From a virus (taxonomy: Duplodnaviria > Caudoviricetes): a DNA stretch of 64,000 nt. Positions 1 through 10,044 of this stretch are shown piece after piece; position 1 is the stretch's first letter, and each line of letters begins with the position of its first letter. The notes beneath the pieces were generated by a model. That model was not told where the DNA came from. It worked only from the letters and a program-made list of their open reading frames with translations, and did no database searches. The translations under genes and the position numbers were made by a program. Location of the stretch: positions 1-64,000 of IMG/VR virus record IMGVR_UViG_2875882051_000001; one strand, 5' to 3'.

Positions 1-157
1 ATCGTTTTAATGCAATTGTGATGAATTTCTTTGCTAATTTAAAAAGTGCCTTGACGTAATAGGTTAATAGAAATATTTCAGTAACATTTTCCAAATACTA
101 TAATATATTAAAGTGATATAAGAAATTATATCATCGTATATTTCTCTAGGTTTCAAA

Positions 158-194
158 AAAAGCAGTAGTTGGATTTCTCCTAGCTACTGCTTTT
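158..194. terminator. Bidirectional intrinsic terminator
   Basis: AAAAGCAGTAGTT...AGCTACTGCTTTT hairpin with A/T runs on both sides. Confidence 0.7.
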
Positions 195-282
195 AAAATT
201 AAAAACATAATTTATATTAATAATTTCCATGATATCTTATATTAATTCATATGTACATATTCGAGCTTTTATATTTGCATAT

Positions 283-334
283 CCGAGAATAAGGGAAATG
301 GGAATAACTATTTCTCTCTACTTCCCTTATTCGG
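283..334. repeat. Short inverted-repeat element (REP/MITE-like)
   Basis: GAATAAGGGAA (287-297) and TTCCCTTATTC (322-332) arms with a 24-nt interior. Confidence 0.45.
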
Positions 335-536
335 AAATGTTTAAATGAGCACCCAACTAATCCTTTTAACCCCTACAATTACATTATAATACTCTTCTAA
401 AAAATTGTAAATAAATGCTCATATGTATTTATTAACCATAATATCCTTTCATTGTAACACGTTCTCTAATCTATAATATGTTATTTATATAATAGTATAT
501 CTCCTAATTCTGTTCTTATCATTAAAGTACTGACAT

Positions 537-578
537 AAAACAGAGTGGTAGCTTATATCTACTAGCTACTACTTTGTT
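537..578 (-). terminator. Terminator after endolysin
   Basis: AACAGAGTGGTAGCT / AGCTACTACTTTGTT stem; T-run on minus strand. Confidence 0.6.
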
Positions 579-595
579 AATTAAACAAAAATATA

Positions 596-1381
596 TTATT
601 TTATATCATAAAACCAATTTCCTAACGTCTCTTTTAATTCTAAACATTTGCTCATAGGCAAGTTTTGAGTTTCAACCCAAATTCCCTTTTCATTTGAATT
701 AGCATAGATACGAATATCTTTAAAATATTCTTGCACATATTCCATATCCACTCCCACAAAACTTCCATCACCTCTATATCCGTTTGGAAGATAAGTGGTT
801 CTTACATATCCAGTAGTTTTATTTAATACACCTTCATTAAATTCATTCATATCACAATCAGTATTTATACCAGGTACCAAACCTGTTTCAGAATATTGAT
901 GTCCCACTCTATTAGTAAAAAAATTAGAATTTAATTGCCATGGAGTATTATTATAATTCGCTTCCCATAACGGATAGCTAGCGATTCTATTATCTAAATT
1001 GTTCATAAAGCTAGTGTAAGTATAAATACCAATTTGCATATTAGATAGCTCTTTAAATTTAGCAATAAATCTTAATATATAATCCATTAATCCATTAAAA
1101 TTAGTTTCTATGTCTAACATCGGAATAAGATCACTAGCTTTATCTTTTATAGCATTATAAAAACTATTGGCCTGAGTTTCTGGTAAACTAGTTCCGACTA
1201 AGAAATGATAAAATCCTGTTCTTAACCCTGCGTAATGCGCATTAGAATAATTAGTAGTTAAATAACTATCTGTAAAAGTTGTTCCTTCCGTAGCTTTAAT
1301 GTAAACAGCTTCTATTCCCACTGCTTTTACCTGGTTAAAATTTATATTTCCATCGTAATTACTTACATCTATGCCTTTCAT
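596..1381 (-). CDS. Endolysin, GH25 muramidase
   Basis: GIDVS...YIKATEG...MLDIET...DMN GH25 motifs; last gene of lysis cassette. Confidence 0.92.
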   Translation of the reverse strand: MKGIDVSNYDGNINFNQVKAVGIEAVYIKATEGTTFTDSYLTTNYSNAHYAGLRTGFYHFLVGTSLPETQANSFYNAIKDKASDLIPMLDIETNFNGLMDYILRFIAKFKELSNMQIGIYTYTSFMNNLDNRIASYPLWEANYNNTPWQLNSNFFTNRVGHQYSETGLVPGINTDCDMNEFNEGVLNKTTGYVRTTYLPNGYRGDGSFVGVDMEYVQEYFKDIRIYANSNEKGIWVETQNLPMSKCLELKETLGNWFYDIK

Positions 1382-1441
1382 TTATATCATCCTTTCTATA
1401 ATAAAAAAAATAAGAGCAACCTATAAAGGCTACTCTAAAAA

Positions 1442-1906
1442 CTAGGCTATTGTTTGTGCTGCATCTGGTGTTACATATTGTGGTTGTTGGTCTTCTGCTG
1501 GTGCAATAACTAAAGCTTGTACTTTACTTAATTGCTCTGTTACTGCTGCTAATTCAGCTTTTAAATTAGTATTATCATCTTGTAACTGTTTAAGTAAAGT
1601 AGAATTATCTACAACTGCTGATTTAGTTTGATTTACTTCTCCTGCTATTGCTTGTCTTATTTCTGCAATATCATCTGTGCTCAACTCCGGAAACTTAGTT
1701 AATAACAGTTTATCGAACATCTCTGCTTTACTTGCAAGTTTTTCTTCTACAGTCTTTGAAATTCTGAAATGTTCATCTACTATATTCCAGACAGCCTTTC
1801 CCACAGTTATATAATTTTTATTCTTTAGGATCTGCTCTTCAACTCCACTTTTAATTAATTTGCTTTCTAATACCTTAATTATTAATTTCAATGCTGTTCT
1901 TATCAT
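1442..1906 (-). CDS. Lysis-cassette coiled-coil protein (unknown function)
   Basis: Between holin and endolysin; paralogue at 50177-50614; RBS GGAGG before MIRT. Confidence 0.6.
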   Translation of the reverse strand: MIRTALKLIIKVLESKLIKSGVEEQILKNKNYITVGKAVWNIVDEHFRISKTVEEKLASKAEMFDKLLLTKFPELSTDDIAEIRQAIAGEVNQTKSAVVDNSTLLKQLQDDNTNLKAELAAVTEQLSKVQALVIAPAEDQQPQYVTPDAAQTIA

Positions 1907-1921
1907 TTTACATACCTCCAA

Positions 1922-2158
1922 TTATTTATTAAATATTCCTGTTTGAACTGCATAAAAAAAGAAGCTAATTAAAGCTCCTCCCATTGCAGTTATAAACCAC
2001 TTCATCATACTGGTTAAGTTTTTAAGATTTTCACATAAGTTCTTAAGCTCTGTTTTTAATTCTCTTCCATCCTGTTCAAGCTTATCTAATCTATCTCCAT
2101 GATTATTAAGCCTTTTATCATGTGTTTCTATTTTATCTCTTATTAATTCTTCATTCAT
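1922..2158 (-). CDS. Holin, XhlA/hemolysin-like
   Basis: N-terminal coiled coil plus one C-terminal TM helix (WFITAMGGALISFFFYAV). Confidence 0.75.
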   Translation of the reverse strand: MNEELIRDKIETHDKRLNNHGDRLDKLEQDGRELKTELKNLCENLKNLTSMMKWFITAMGGALISFFFYAVQTGIFNK

Positions 2159-2193
2159 ATTACACCTCTTCTATTAATTATTTTTTATATAAC

Positions 2194-2224
2194 AAAGGCA
2201 CCTACATCTCTGTAAGTGCCTTTT
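2194..2224. terminator. Bidirectional terminator
   Basis: AAAGGCAC...GTGCCTTTT. Confidence 0.65.
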
Positions 2225-2278
2225 GGTTCATTTACTGTTATAAATAGATATTATTTAGTATTTCTAAAATATTTAATT

Positions 2279-3292
2279 TTATCTTACTTCAAACCAATCT
2301 ATTTTATCATGTACTACATAATCTGTGTAATTACCCTTTTTGAATTTATATACTGGTAATTGTGAATCATCTAAATCCCTGTTTTTATACCAATTTATAA
2401 AGTTAGTTACTTCTTGACTTGAAACGTCATAGCTTTTTATATTTCCATCCACTAATTCTATAAATAACGTTCCATCACCTGTAGGATCTTGAGGTTCAGT
2501 TGGCTCAGTAGATTTTGGAATTACATTTACTGTACATGTTGCACTTGCATTACTTCCATCATTTATTGTTGCTGTTATTGTTACTTGTCCTTCTTTTACA
2601 CCTGTAACATTTCCATTTTCATCGACTGTTGCAACTGATTCATCACTTGATTTCCAAGTCACTTGTACTCCTGCTGGAGTCGTTGTTTCTGTAAGCTGTT
2701 TTGATTCTCCAACATTCAAACTTATAGATGATTCATTTAATGTTACTGAGTGTTTTGAATCTATTAAATACCCATTATCGTCAATATCTAAACAGTCTAG
2801 CGCAAAGTATTTTCCATTATCCTCCGGAATATCGATATACACACAATGTACCTTTTCTGTTAATCCAGTTTTTTCATAAATTAAGCATGGGGCAACTCCA
2901 GTTGTTATACCTGATGATGCAGGGTAAGCTGAAATGTTTTCTGCTTCGTTACTATCAATGTATATCTTTGCACCTTGTTTTCTATTTGGTGCAATTGAAT
3001 CATAAAGTCTTAATTCAGTTCCATAAAAGTAAAATTTAATACTTGAGGCAACATTGATATTATGTTTCGCAGTACCATCATAGAAAATAGATAATGGATA
3101 ATTAAAAAAGTCACTTCCATATATTATCTTACCGTCCGTATCATCATACCTTTTCCAACCACTTTCAGGTTGAGTTAATTGTTGTCCAATTGTAGCCGCA
3201 TTAACTTGAGTTGCTTTTTCTATCGCTCCAACACCTATTATGGCTAACAACATAATAAATATTATACTAAACTTCTTAAAGTATTTATCCAT
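2279..3292 (-). CDS. Secreted Ig-like (Big_2) domain protein, moron
   Basis: Signal peptide; VTWKSSDESVATVDENGNVTGVKEG Big_2 motif. Confidence 0.8.
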   Translation of the reverse strand: MDKYFKKFSIIFIMLLAIIGVGAIEKATQVNAATIGQQLTQPESGWKRYDDTDGKIIYGSDFFNYPLSIFYDGTAKHNINVASSIKFYFYGTELRLYDSIAPNRKQGAKIYIDSNEAENISAYPASSGITTGVAPCLIYEKTGLTEKVHCVYIDIPEDNGKYFALDCLDIDDNGYLIDSKHSVTLNESSISLNVGESKQLTETTTPAGVQVTWKSSDESVATVDENGNVTGVKEGQVTITATINDGSNASATCTVNVIPKSTEPTEPQDPTGDGTLFIELVDGNIKSYDVSSQEVTNFINWYKNRDLDDSQLPVYKFKKGNYTDYVVHDKIDWFEVR

Positions 3293-3338
3293 TTACTATT
3301 CCTCCCTTATTTTATCTTTCTTCTAATAAGTCATATAT

Positions 3339-4532
3339 TTAAAGAATTACAGTTGCAGGTATTTTTATTGTAACTGTCCCTAAAGGTGGAATATCACCAA
3401 CATTAACTATAATGTTTTTAGATGTAGAACTTGGATCAATTTTACCTTGAGTACTTGTTACACCATTAACTAAAAAATCAATATGATTAGGAGCAGGATC
3501 ATTTACTACTACTGCTTTAGCTGTCTTTGTACCAGTATTAGTTACTACTATAGTATACGTAAAATTATCTCCTACCCATACGTCCTTTACATCTGCTGTT
3601 TTTATCACACTCAATGTAGTATCAGCTGATCCATGAAATATAATTGTAACATCTCCGCCAGCATTATTAGTGTTATCACCTTTTGCATGAGCAATATTAA
3701 CTATATTATCTGTTCCTGTTGGTTCTGTAGGTTGAGGAACATCTTTTTTAGTTACATTTATAATACATGATGCACTCAAATTACTTCCATCTGCTGTAGT
3801 TGCTGTTATAGTGCTAGTTCCTTCTTTCAGTGCATTTACTTTTGTGATTTTACCATTGGTAGGATCTACCTCTATAGTTGCTATTGAAGGGTCGCTTGAC
3901 TTCCATGTTACTCCTACTGCTTCTGGAGTTGTTGTAGCTGTTAATTGTGATGAATCTCCTTCTATTAAATTCATGGTTGATTTATCTAATGACATCGATT
4001 CAACTTGTTCATTATATGGTAATAAATATCCTTCTTTATCTATATCTATAGCATCAAAATACAAAGAGTTATTTGATTGATTCTCAATTAAAACAGTATG
4101 TTTACCAAAACCTAAACCTGTTATCTCATATGATAAACGTTTAGTCATATTGCTATTATTATAAGATGTAAACGCATCATATATAGTTCCGTCTATAGTA
4201 ATTTTTACATTCTTGCTACCATTTGGATCAGCATATGTTATAATTCTTAATTTTGATCCATAGAAATCAAAATTAAGTTTTGCTGAAGAACCAGTAATAC
4301 TGCCAGATGCTCCATATGGGGATGTATTATGAATATCACCTACATACCAAGTACCTGTATAATTTATTTCACTATTTGAATCTTCATATCGTCTCCAACC
4401 AGTTTCTGGTTCTAATAATTGTTGTCCAATTGTAGCAGCATTAGCCATAATTCCGTCTTTAAATATTCCAACACCCACAATAGCTAATATCATAATAAAC
4501 ATTATACTAAAGTTTTTGAAGTAATTTTTCAT
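3339..4532 (-). CDS. Secreted Big_2 + DUF11-like domain protein, moron
   Basis: Signal peptide; VTWKSSDPSIATI; C-terminal VIKTADVKDVWVGDNFTYTIVVTNTG. Confidence 0.8.
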   Translation of the reverse strand: MKNYFKNFSIMFIMILAIVGVGIFKDGIMANAATIGQQLLEPETGWRRYEDSNSEINYTGTWYVGDIHNTSPYGASGSITGSSAKLNFDFYGSKLRIITYADPNGSKNVKITIDGTIYDAFTSYNNSNMTKRLSYEITGLGFGKHTVLIENQSNNSLYFDAIDIDKEGYLLPYNEQVESMSLDKSTMNLIEGDSSQLTATTTPEAVGVTWKSSDPSIATIEVDPTNGKITKVNALKEGTSTITATTADGSNLSASCIINVTKKDVPQPTEPTGTDNIVNIAHAKGDNTNNAGGDVTIIFHGSADTTLSVIKTADVKDVWVGDNFTYTIVVTNTGTKTAKAVVVNDPAPNHIDFLVNGVTSTQGKIDPSSTSKNIIVNVGDIPPLGTVTIKIPATVIL

Positions 4533-4781
4533 TTATCATTTCTCCCTTAAATTATCATTTGTGACGCGTCCATTAATCATTTTAATTCCTATGCTGGTAA
4601 ATTCCAACAACAACCGTAATACAAATTCTTTTATATATTCAAAATCAAGTAATTTTTTACATATATAAATATAATCTTTCTAAAGTCAATACTTTTATAT
4701 AAGCAATAAAAAAACACCTCATTGGTGCTGATCTATTGCTTATATCCTTTTATTTACTACTTCCTATTCTCCTATTGTGCA

Positions 4782-5231
4782 TTACTTATTAATAAATAAG
4801 TCTTTATAATATTGTAATAAGCCACTTGTTTTCTGCTCTTCAAATAGCTTGCATCTTAAATAATCATCTGTAAATATTGCTAATGGCATTAATAAGAACC
4901 ATAAAAAAGCATATGGTAAACATATTTGACCATACACATTTCCAAATTCATTACTATAATCCCAAATATTTAGCCCTAACCAAACATTTAAGATCATTCC
5001 ACTTATGAACTCTATACAAAGAGTGATTAAAGTACCAGTTAAGCATTGTTCCCACATTTTTCTTTCGAAAAATACTGGATGTTCATTAAGCCTACCAACT
5101 AAAAATCCACATAAACCTCCTGCAAACATCATTGATATATCTGTATGACCTCGCCAAAGAATTTCTATTCCCATGTACATGACACCCATTATAAATATAA
5201 GTATTAAATCTTTTATTATTTTACTTCCCAC
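4782..5231 (-). CDS. Membrane protein (putative ABC-permease-like family common in phage tail regions)
   Basis: Four TM segments; IEFISGMILNVWLGLNIWDYS...GQICL motif. Confidence 0.65.
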   Translation of the reverse strand: MGSKIIKDLILIFIMGVMYMGIEILWRGHTDISMMFAGGLCGFLVGRLNEHPVFFERKMWEQCLTGTLITLCIEFISGMILNVWLGLNIWDYSNEFGNVYGQICLPYAFLWFLLMPLAIFTDDYLRCKLFEEQKTSGLLQYYKDLFINK

Positions 5232-5243
5232 TTAAATCACTTC

Positions 5244-5885
5244 CTATATTAAAATGCTCTCCCATGTAATTTTATCAATATCATCTTTAGTAACGCAAGC
5301 AAGAACCTTTGGTTTTAACACATCTTTATACTTTACAATATTAGTAGTTTTCCAATTTTCTCCGTCTTGTGCTAATTTTAAAAACTGTTCTGCTGTATAA
5401 TCATGGCAAGTTTCACCTTTAGCATAGTAAGATATGTTACCTATAGTTTGTCCCGTTAATTTAGCTATTTGAATTTGATATGCTTTAGTACTTAAATTAA
5501 CTTGATTTTCTAATTCAAAATCATATAATTTTTTAGTCCCATCAGCATTAGAATAAAATCCATTAGTTATAGTTTCATTACATCTTTGACTTAATTCATT
5601 TATTTTATTTTGTTTTAATAAATCCAAATTTACTTTTTCACTCTCTGTACGTTCAATAACTTTACCATCAACTAATTTGTAATTATACTTACCCTTGTTA
5701 TCTAACAAGCTCTTATCTAAATAATTCCCCTGAGCATGAGAATATTTATCTCCATTGCCTTCATCTATTTGTGTCCATCCCTCAATACTTATCCCTGACC
5801 TAGAACTTTCTATGTCACTAAGTATATCGGTAATAATACTAGTACTATCTAATTTTACATAAACCTTATATTTAATCTCATCCAT
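5244..5885 (-). CDS. Tail fibre-associated protein (DUF4376-like)
   Basis: IDEGNGDKYSHAQGNYLDKSL motif; follows tail fibre. Confidence 0.6.
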   Translation of the reverse strand: MDEIKYKVYVKLDSTSIITDILSDIESSRSGISIEGWTQIDEGNGDKYSHAQGNYLDKSLLDNKGKYNYKLVDGKVIERTESEKVNLDLLKQNKINELSQRCNETITNGFYSNADGTKKLYDFELENQVNLSTKAYQIQIAKLTGQTIGNISYYAKGETCHDYTAEQFLKLAQDGENWKTTNIVKYKDVLKPKVLACVTKDDIDKITWESILI

Positions 5886-5897
5886 TTGTCATACCTC

Positions 5898-6926
5898 CTA
5901 ATATATTTCTGCATCTGCTATCCAATTTCTTATATCAACATGCCCAATAGGTATTGCTAAATTCCAATCAGTAAATTCTATAGAACTTATTGCTGATGGA
6001 TTTAAAATAATTTCGTTTCCATCATTTATAGAATATTTAGCAGTCAAAGTTGGTGTTATTCTTTTTTCAACCGCAAAAATAATCGGACTCCCTAAACTTC
6101 CAATAACACTAGATCCGCTGGAACTATTAGTATAGCGGTGTACTATCCCACTGCTTTTTTCATAGTATCTTTTACACAATGCTAATTCTTCTCCATAAAG
6201 CCTCGGTACAAAAGGTGTTGCTATAGAACCTAGTTCGAGTTTTGCCCAATTTACATTAACCTCTCCGACTTTACTATCACTTCCAAGCTGAACCATGACT
6301 AAAAATTTTGTAGCACTTGATGAAAGAGTAAATGTAAAGGAATATGTTGAGTTATTAGCATTACTTGGAATTGTTTTTACTTGCCAATTTGAACCATCAT
6401 TTATTGCTAACTGTAATTCTGATGTCATATTGCAATTTACTGAAAAAGTCATTGTTTTTCCTTTTAATTTGTTTAATATAGCATTTTCAAATTCTTGTGC
6501 TATGTTAGTAACACTATTATCTGCAACAGTTTTTTTCATTTTAGGACTTCCGTCTGTGTTTTGCGTAATGGAACTACCATTTCCAACCCAGAGTCTCCAT
6601 CTGTCAGCAGAATAACCTGCTGTAGCAAAACTCGTTCCTCTTTGCCAAACCTGAAAATCCCCATTAATTAATAAGTTTGGATTACTTAATAGTGCGATTT
6701 TATTCGCACTATCTGACAATGATGTAGCATTAGCATCTGTTGAAGCTTTGACTTCATTTATCGCCCCCTTGATTGTTTGGTCTGTAGTTGCTAGTGTTGC
6801 TGTTCCAAGAAATAATGCTTTGAGTTTTGCCCACGTAGTATTCCTCGTATTTCCATCCTGTTCTATTAAAACTAGGTCTGTATCTTTTGGATCTACTGTT
6901 GGTTTATCGCTTATTTTCCATCCCAT
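5898..6926 (-). CDS. Tail fibre / receptor-binding protein
   Basis: NPNLLINGDFQVWQRGT...ADRW...WAKLELGSIATPF...ELALCKRYY. Confidence 0.75.
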   Translation of the reverse strand: MGWKISDKPTVDPKDTDLVLIEQDGNTRNTTWAKLKALFLGTATLATTDQTIKGAINEVKASTDANATSLSDSANKIALLSNPNLLINGDFQVWQRGTSFATAGYSADRWRLWVGNGSSITQNTDGSPKMKKTVADNSVTNIAQEFENAILNKLKGKTMTFSVNCNMTSELQLAINDGSNWQVKTIPSNANNSTYSFTFTLSSSATKFLVMVQLGSDSKVGEVNVNWAKLELGSIATPFVPRLYGEELALCKRYYEKSSGIVHRYTNSSSGSSVIGSLGSPIIFAVEKRITPTLTAKYSINDGNEIILNPSAISSIEFTDWNLAIPIGHVDIRNWIADAEIY

Positions 6927-6938
6927 TTAAATCATCTC

Positions 6939-7757
6939 CTATCCTATGAATTCAAGATTATTTTCGTCCACCAAATAGTCTCCATTTTCATCTTCGAGAT
7001 TACTTATAGACATTTTATTTATTAGAAAAAACATTTGCTGTATTATCTGCCAGTTAGCATTATTCTGTAACTGAGCTATAACATTTTTACCATCTGATAT
7101 TGTAATAGTTAGATTATTATATAATGCTGTCCCACTAGCTATATCTGCTTTTAATGCTACATCTAGAGCATTTCCAGCAATTATATCATCTTCTACCCTT
7201 TCTGCTACGCTTGTACCTGTTGCTATATCAGTTTCAAGCCTATTTGCAAGAGTTGCTCCTGTATTATTTAAATTGGTTAATGTACTTTCATGTTGCAAAG
7301 CTAATTGATTTTGCAATGCTAAATTATCAGCATTATCATTGTAGTTATCTATAAGCTTTTGAATCTGCTGCAAGGTTTCTATCTGGTCACTAGATTTAAT
7401 AACAATATTGGTACTTGGATTTGGTTTTACTTCAAATGTAAAAGTATTGGTTATGTTGGTACCATTAGAATCTGATATCTCAACAATTCCCTCAACATCA
7501 CCAATCGCAAGAGTTGCCTGCACATCAAAATTAACTATGAATTGATTCCCTGTTACACTTTGAACTATCTTTTCAACACTATATCCATCCGGTTTTTGTA
7601 GCACTATATGCATTTTCTGTCCTGTTAAATCAAGGCTTGCAGACCCTTGAAATATTTTTATAGTCATAGCTAATGTATCCCCCTTACGTATATTCTCATA
7701 AAGGCATTCACCATTAGCATTTGTTGTGTCTATAGATAACTTTATAGGCTTTTGCAT
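6939..7757 (-). CDS. BppU-family upper baseplate protein
   Basis: GDTLAMTIKIFQGSASLDLTG...QKPDG N-terminal motif. Confidence 0.7.
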   Translation of the reverse strand: MQKPIKLSIDTTNANGECLYENIRKGDTLAMTIKIFQGSASLDLTGQKMHIVLQKPDGYSVEKIVQSVTGNQFIVNFDVQATLAIGDVEGIVEISDSNGTNITNTFTFEVKPNPSTNIVIKSSDQIETLQQIQKLIDNYNDNADNLALQNQLALQHESTLTNLNNTGATLANRLETDIATGTSVAERVEDDIIAGNALDVALKADIASGTALYNNLTITISDGKNVIAQLQNNANWQIIQQMFFLINKMSISNLEDENGDYLVDENNLEFIG

Positions 7758-7828
7758 GTTATCCCTCCTTCCTTTTTGGGTAAAATAAAAAGAACCTATG
7801 ATTTAACATAAGTTCTTGATTTATATAA

Positions 7829-8233
7829 TTATTTAATCCAAACTCCATCAGATCCTATCTTGTATCCGTCCGGTGTAGTTCCATCATGCATCATTGTTCC
7901 ATCTGAATTTAAGTAGTACCATTTGCCATCTTTACCCTCTAACCAGCCAGTTTGCATTACACCTACTTTATCTAAATAATACCATTGATTGTTTAGGTTC
8001 AACCAACCTTTTTGTATTTCTCCATCAACATTAGCATAAAACCAATTCCCATTATCACTTAACCAACCTGTTATAACTTCACCGTTTTTTAAGAAATAAT
8101 CGTGTTGTGTATCTTTATCGTACCACCATCCATTAATTTTATCTTTCTTCATTACCTCTCTATTCAATGCATTTGCCCCAAAAGATGTTATGACTATTAA
8201 ACTTACTAAAATTGATAAAATTCTAATTTTCAT
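7829..8233 (-). CDS. Secreted choline/cell-wall-binding repeat protein, moron
   Basis: Signal peptide and repeated GW..WYY motifs ending TPDGYKIGSDGVWIK. Confidence 0.85.
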   Translation of the reverse strand: MKIRILSILVSLIVITSFGANALNREVMKKDKINGWWYDKDTQHDYFLKNGEVITGWLSDNGNWFYANVDGEIQKGWLNLNNQWYYLDKVGVMQTGWLEGKDGKWYYLNSDGTMMHDGTTPDGYKIGSDGVWIK

Positions 8234-8261
8234 TTGACATTACCTCTTTCTTTTTAATTAG

Positions 8262-8291
8262 ATTATATATATTTTTTGAAGTATTTGTCAA
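8262..8291 (-). promoter_or_regulatory. sigmaA-type promoter for the cell-wall-binding moron
   Basis: TTGACA (8291-8286), 18 bp, TATAAT (8267-8262) on minus strand. Confidence 0.7.
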
Positions 8292-8298
8292 TTTCTAG

Positions 8299-10044
8299 TT
8301 AAATCAAACCTTGGTCTTTTAATATATGTTTAACAGCTCCTGTAAAAGTATATTCACTTTCTCCCATGCTAATCTTAAATTTAGAATCACCTATTGAAAA
8401 TTCACTTAAAACTTCTAAACTTTTAAGTAAAACCTTCTCCATATTCATCAAAGAATAATAAAAATAACTACCTTTCTCTAATGCTGTATCATCAAGCTGT
8501 AGATCTTTTAATTTTACATATCCATCATCACCTAACCATAAAACTATAACACCACTTGCGTTTTTTATTTTAAATCCGCCATTTTGCACAGTTAAGCCCC
8601 CAGCATCAAACGTACATGTATGAGAGCCTGTTGCATCTTGTATTGCTTCAACTACACTGTCATAATTTTGCTCTATATAAGAACCGAATTCCCCTTTACT
8701 TACTTTAGACTGTATTTTATCTCCTAATACTTCAATCGAAGCTTCTGTATCTTCCTTTAGGTTAGTTACGCTTAATTCTATCGAATCTGCTCTTTCTTCC
8801 ATAGTAACTTGAAACTCTTTTGAATCTTTCTTTACCTTTTTTATATCCTTGGTATTTTTATCTGACTTAGTGTTTGCTGTATTTGCTTTTGTTGATATTG
8901 ATGAAATAGTCTTTGCTATATTCGTTTTCTTATTTCCTATTTCAATTTCTGCAATTTTACCTTCCCCATCATTTGCTAAAGCATTATATTTTATTTTTGT
9001 AACTCTGCCTGTAGCTGTTATGTTAGCTTTATAATAATTTATATTTACGCTATTACCTAATTCGCATTTTTCTAACATTGAAATATTCTTATATTCTTCA
9101 GTATTTTTTAAAAGTATAAAATTAATTGTATTATTTATTGGTAACTTGTCTATACCTTCATTAAATTTCTTTTGAGCTCTTTCTCTAAGTTGATCATAAA
9201 CAATATTTAATGCTTCTTGAGTATCATCTACTAAAGAAACATCATCACAAACAATCTTTTTATAATATTTACCTAGTGTAGCAGCATTAGGAGAATATAT
9301 TATCTCATTATTAGGAAGATAAACTCCATCATTGGAGCACATTATTAGAGCCGTAGCAAAGTTATCTAAGTCTAAATCACTTATTTCCTGCTCTAATTCT
9401 TGTAGATTTTTATTACTACTTATTTCAAAAGTATTATCCGAACCTCTTTCATCTACAAAATTAATTTCCTTATTGTTATAAATTATTTCTCCGCCATATG
9501 CTGCTTGTACGCTTTGACTATTCCCAAGCAATCCTTCTAATGGAGATACATAAGAAACATCTAAATAATTAATGATCTTGCCTGTCTCTTCTTCTAATCC
9601 TAAATTTATCGATGTATTTGTATTGGTGTCTAAATTGCCAACATGATAATCTTTGTGTTCAACACAATTTGAAAGTATAATACCAACAGCTTCTTTTCTA
9701 TTCTTTCCTGCTGGTACTTCAACACCTAAAATAAAATCTTTCATTAAATCAGCTCTTGCAATAGCCTGGGCATAGATGGTTACTTCATTATTTCTGGTAT
9801 TTGGTTTTCTAGTCCTTATCCTAAAAAGCTGTTCTCCCCTTGTATCAGTCTCACTTATAGGGCATTTTATAATGTTTCCTATAACTAGATATTGTGATAA
9901 TTGTTTTCTATCATTCAAAGTATAAACTAAATCTAAATCAAAGATTCCATCTACACTCTCAGTTACTATTGCACTTTTACATTCACTTAAAACCCACATA
10001 TTATGCTCAAAGTTAGTTTCATTTTTATCAAATAATCTTATCAT
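8299..10044 (-). CDS. Tail spike / Tal-like protein
   Basis: After Dit; TAATG overlap with the Dit stop; N-terminal prophage tail endopeptidase-like region. Confidence 0.75.
   Translation of the reverse strand: MIRLFDKNETNFEHNMWVLSECKSAIVTESVDGIFDLDLVYTLNDRKQLSQYLVIGNIIKCPISETDTRGEQLFRIRTRKPNTRNNEVTIYAQAIARADLMKDFILGVEVPAGKNRKEAVGIILSNCVEHKDYHVGNLDTNTNTSINLGLEEETGKIINYLDVSYVSPLEGLLGNSQSVQAAYGGEIIYNNKEINFVDERGSDNTFEISSNKNLQELEQEISDLDLDNFATALIMCSNDGVYLPNNEIIYSPNAATLGKYYKKIVCDDVSLVDDTQEALNIVYDQLRERAQKKFNEGIDKLPINNTINFILLKNTEEYKNISMLEKCELGNSVNINYYKANITATGRVTKIKYNALANDGEGKIAEIEIGNKKTNIAKTISSISTKANTANTKSDKNTKDIKKVKKDSKEFQVTMEERADSIELSVTNLKEDTEASIEVLGDKIQSKVSKGEFGSYIEQNYDSVVEAIQDATGSHTCTFDAGGLTVQNGGFKIKNASGVIVLWLGDDGYVKLKDLQLDDTALEKGSYFYYSLMNMEKVLLKSLEVLSEFSIGDSKFKISMGESEYTFTGAVKHILKDQGLI

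Noticed and set aside
4782-5231. Metabolic ABC transporter
   Set aside because: No ATPase or binding protein nearby; a lone membrane protein in the tail region.
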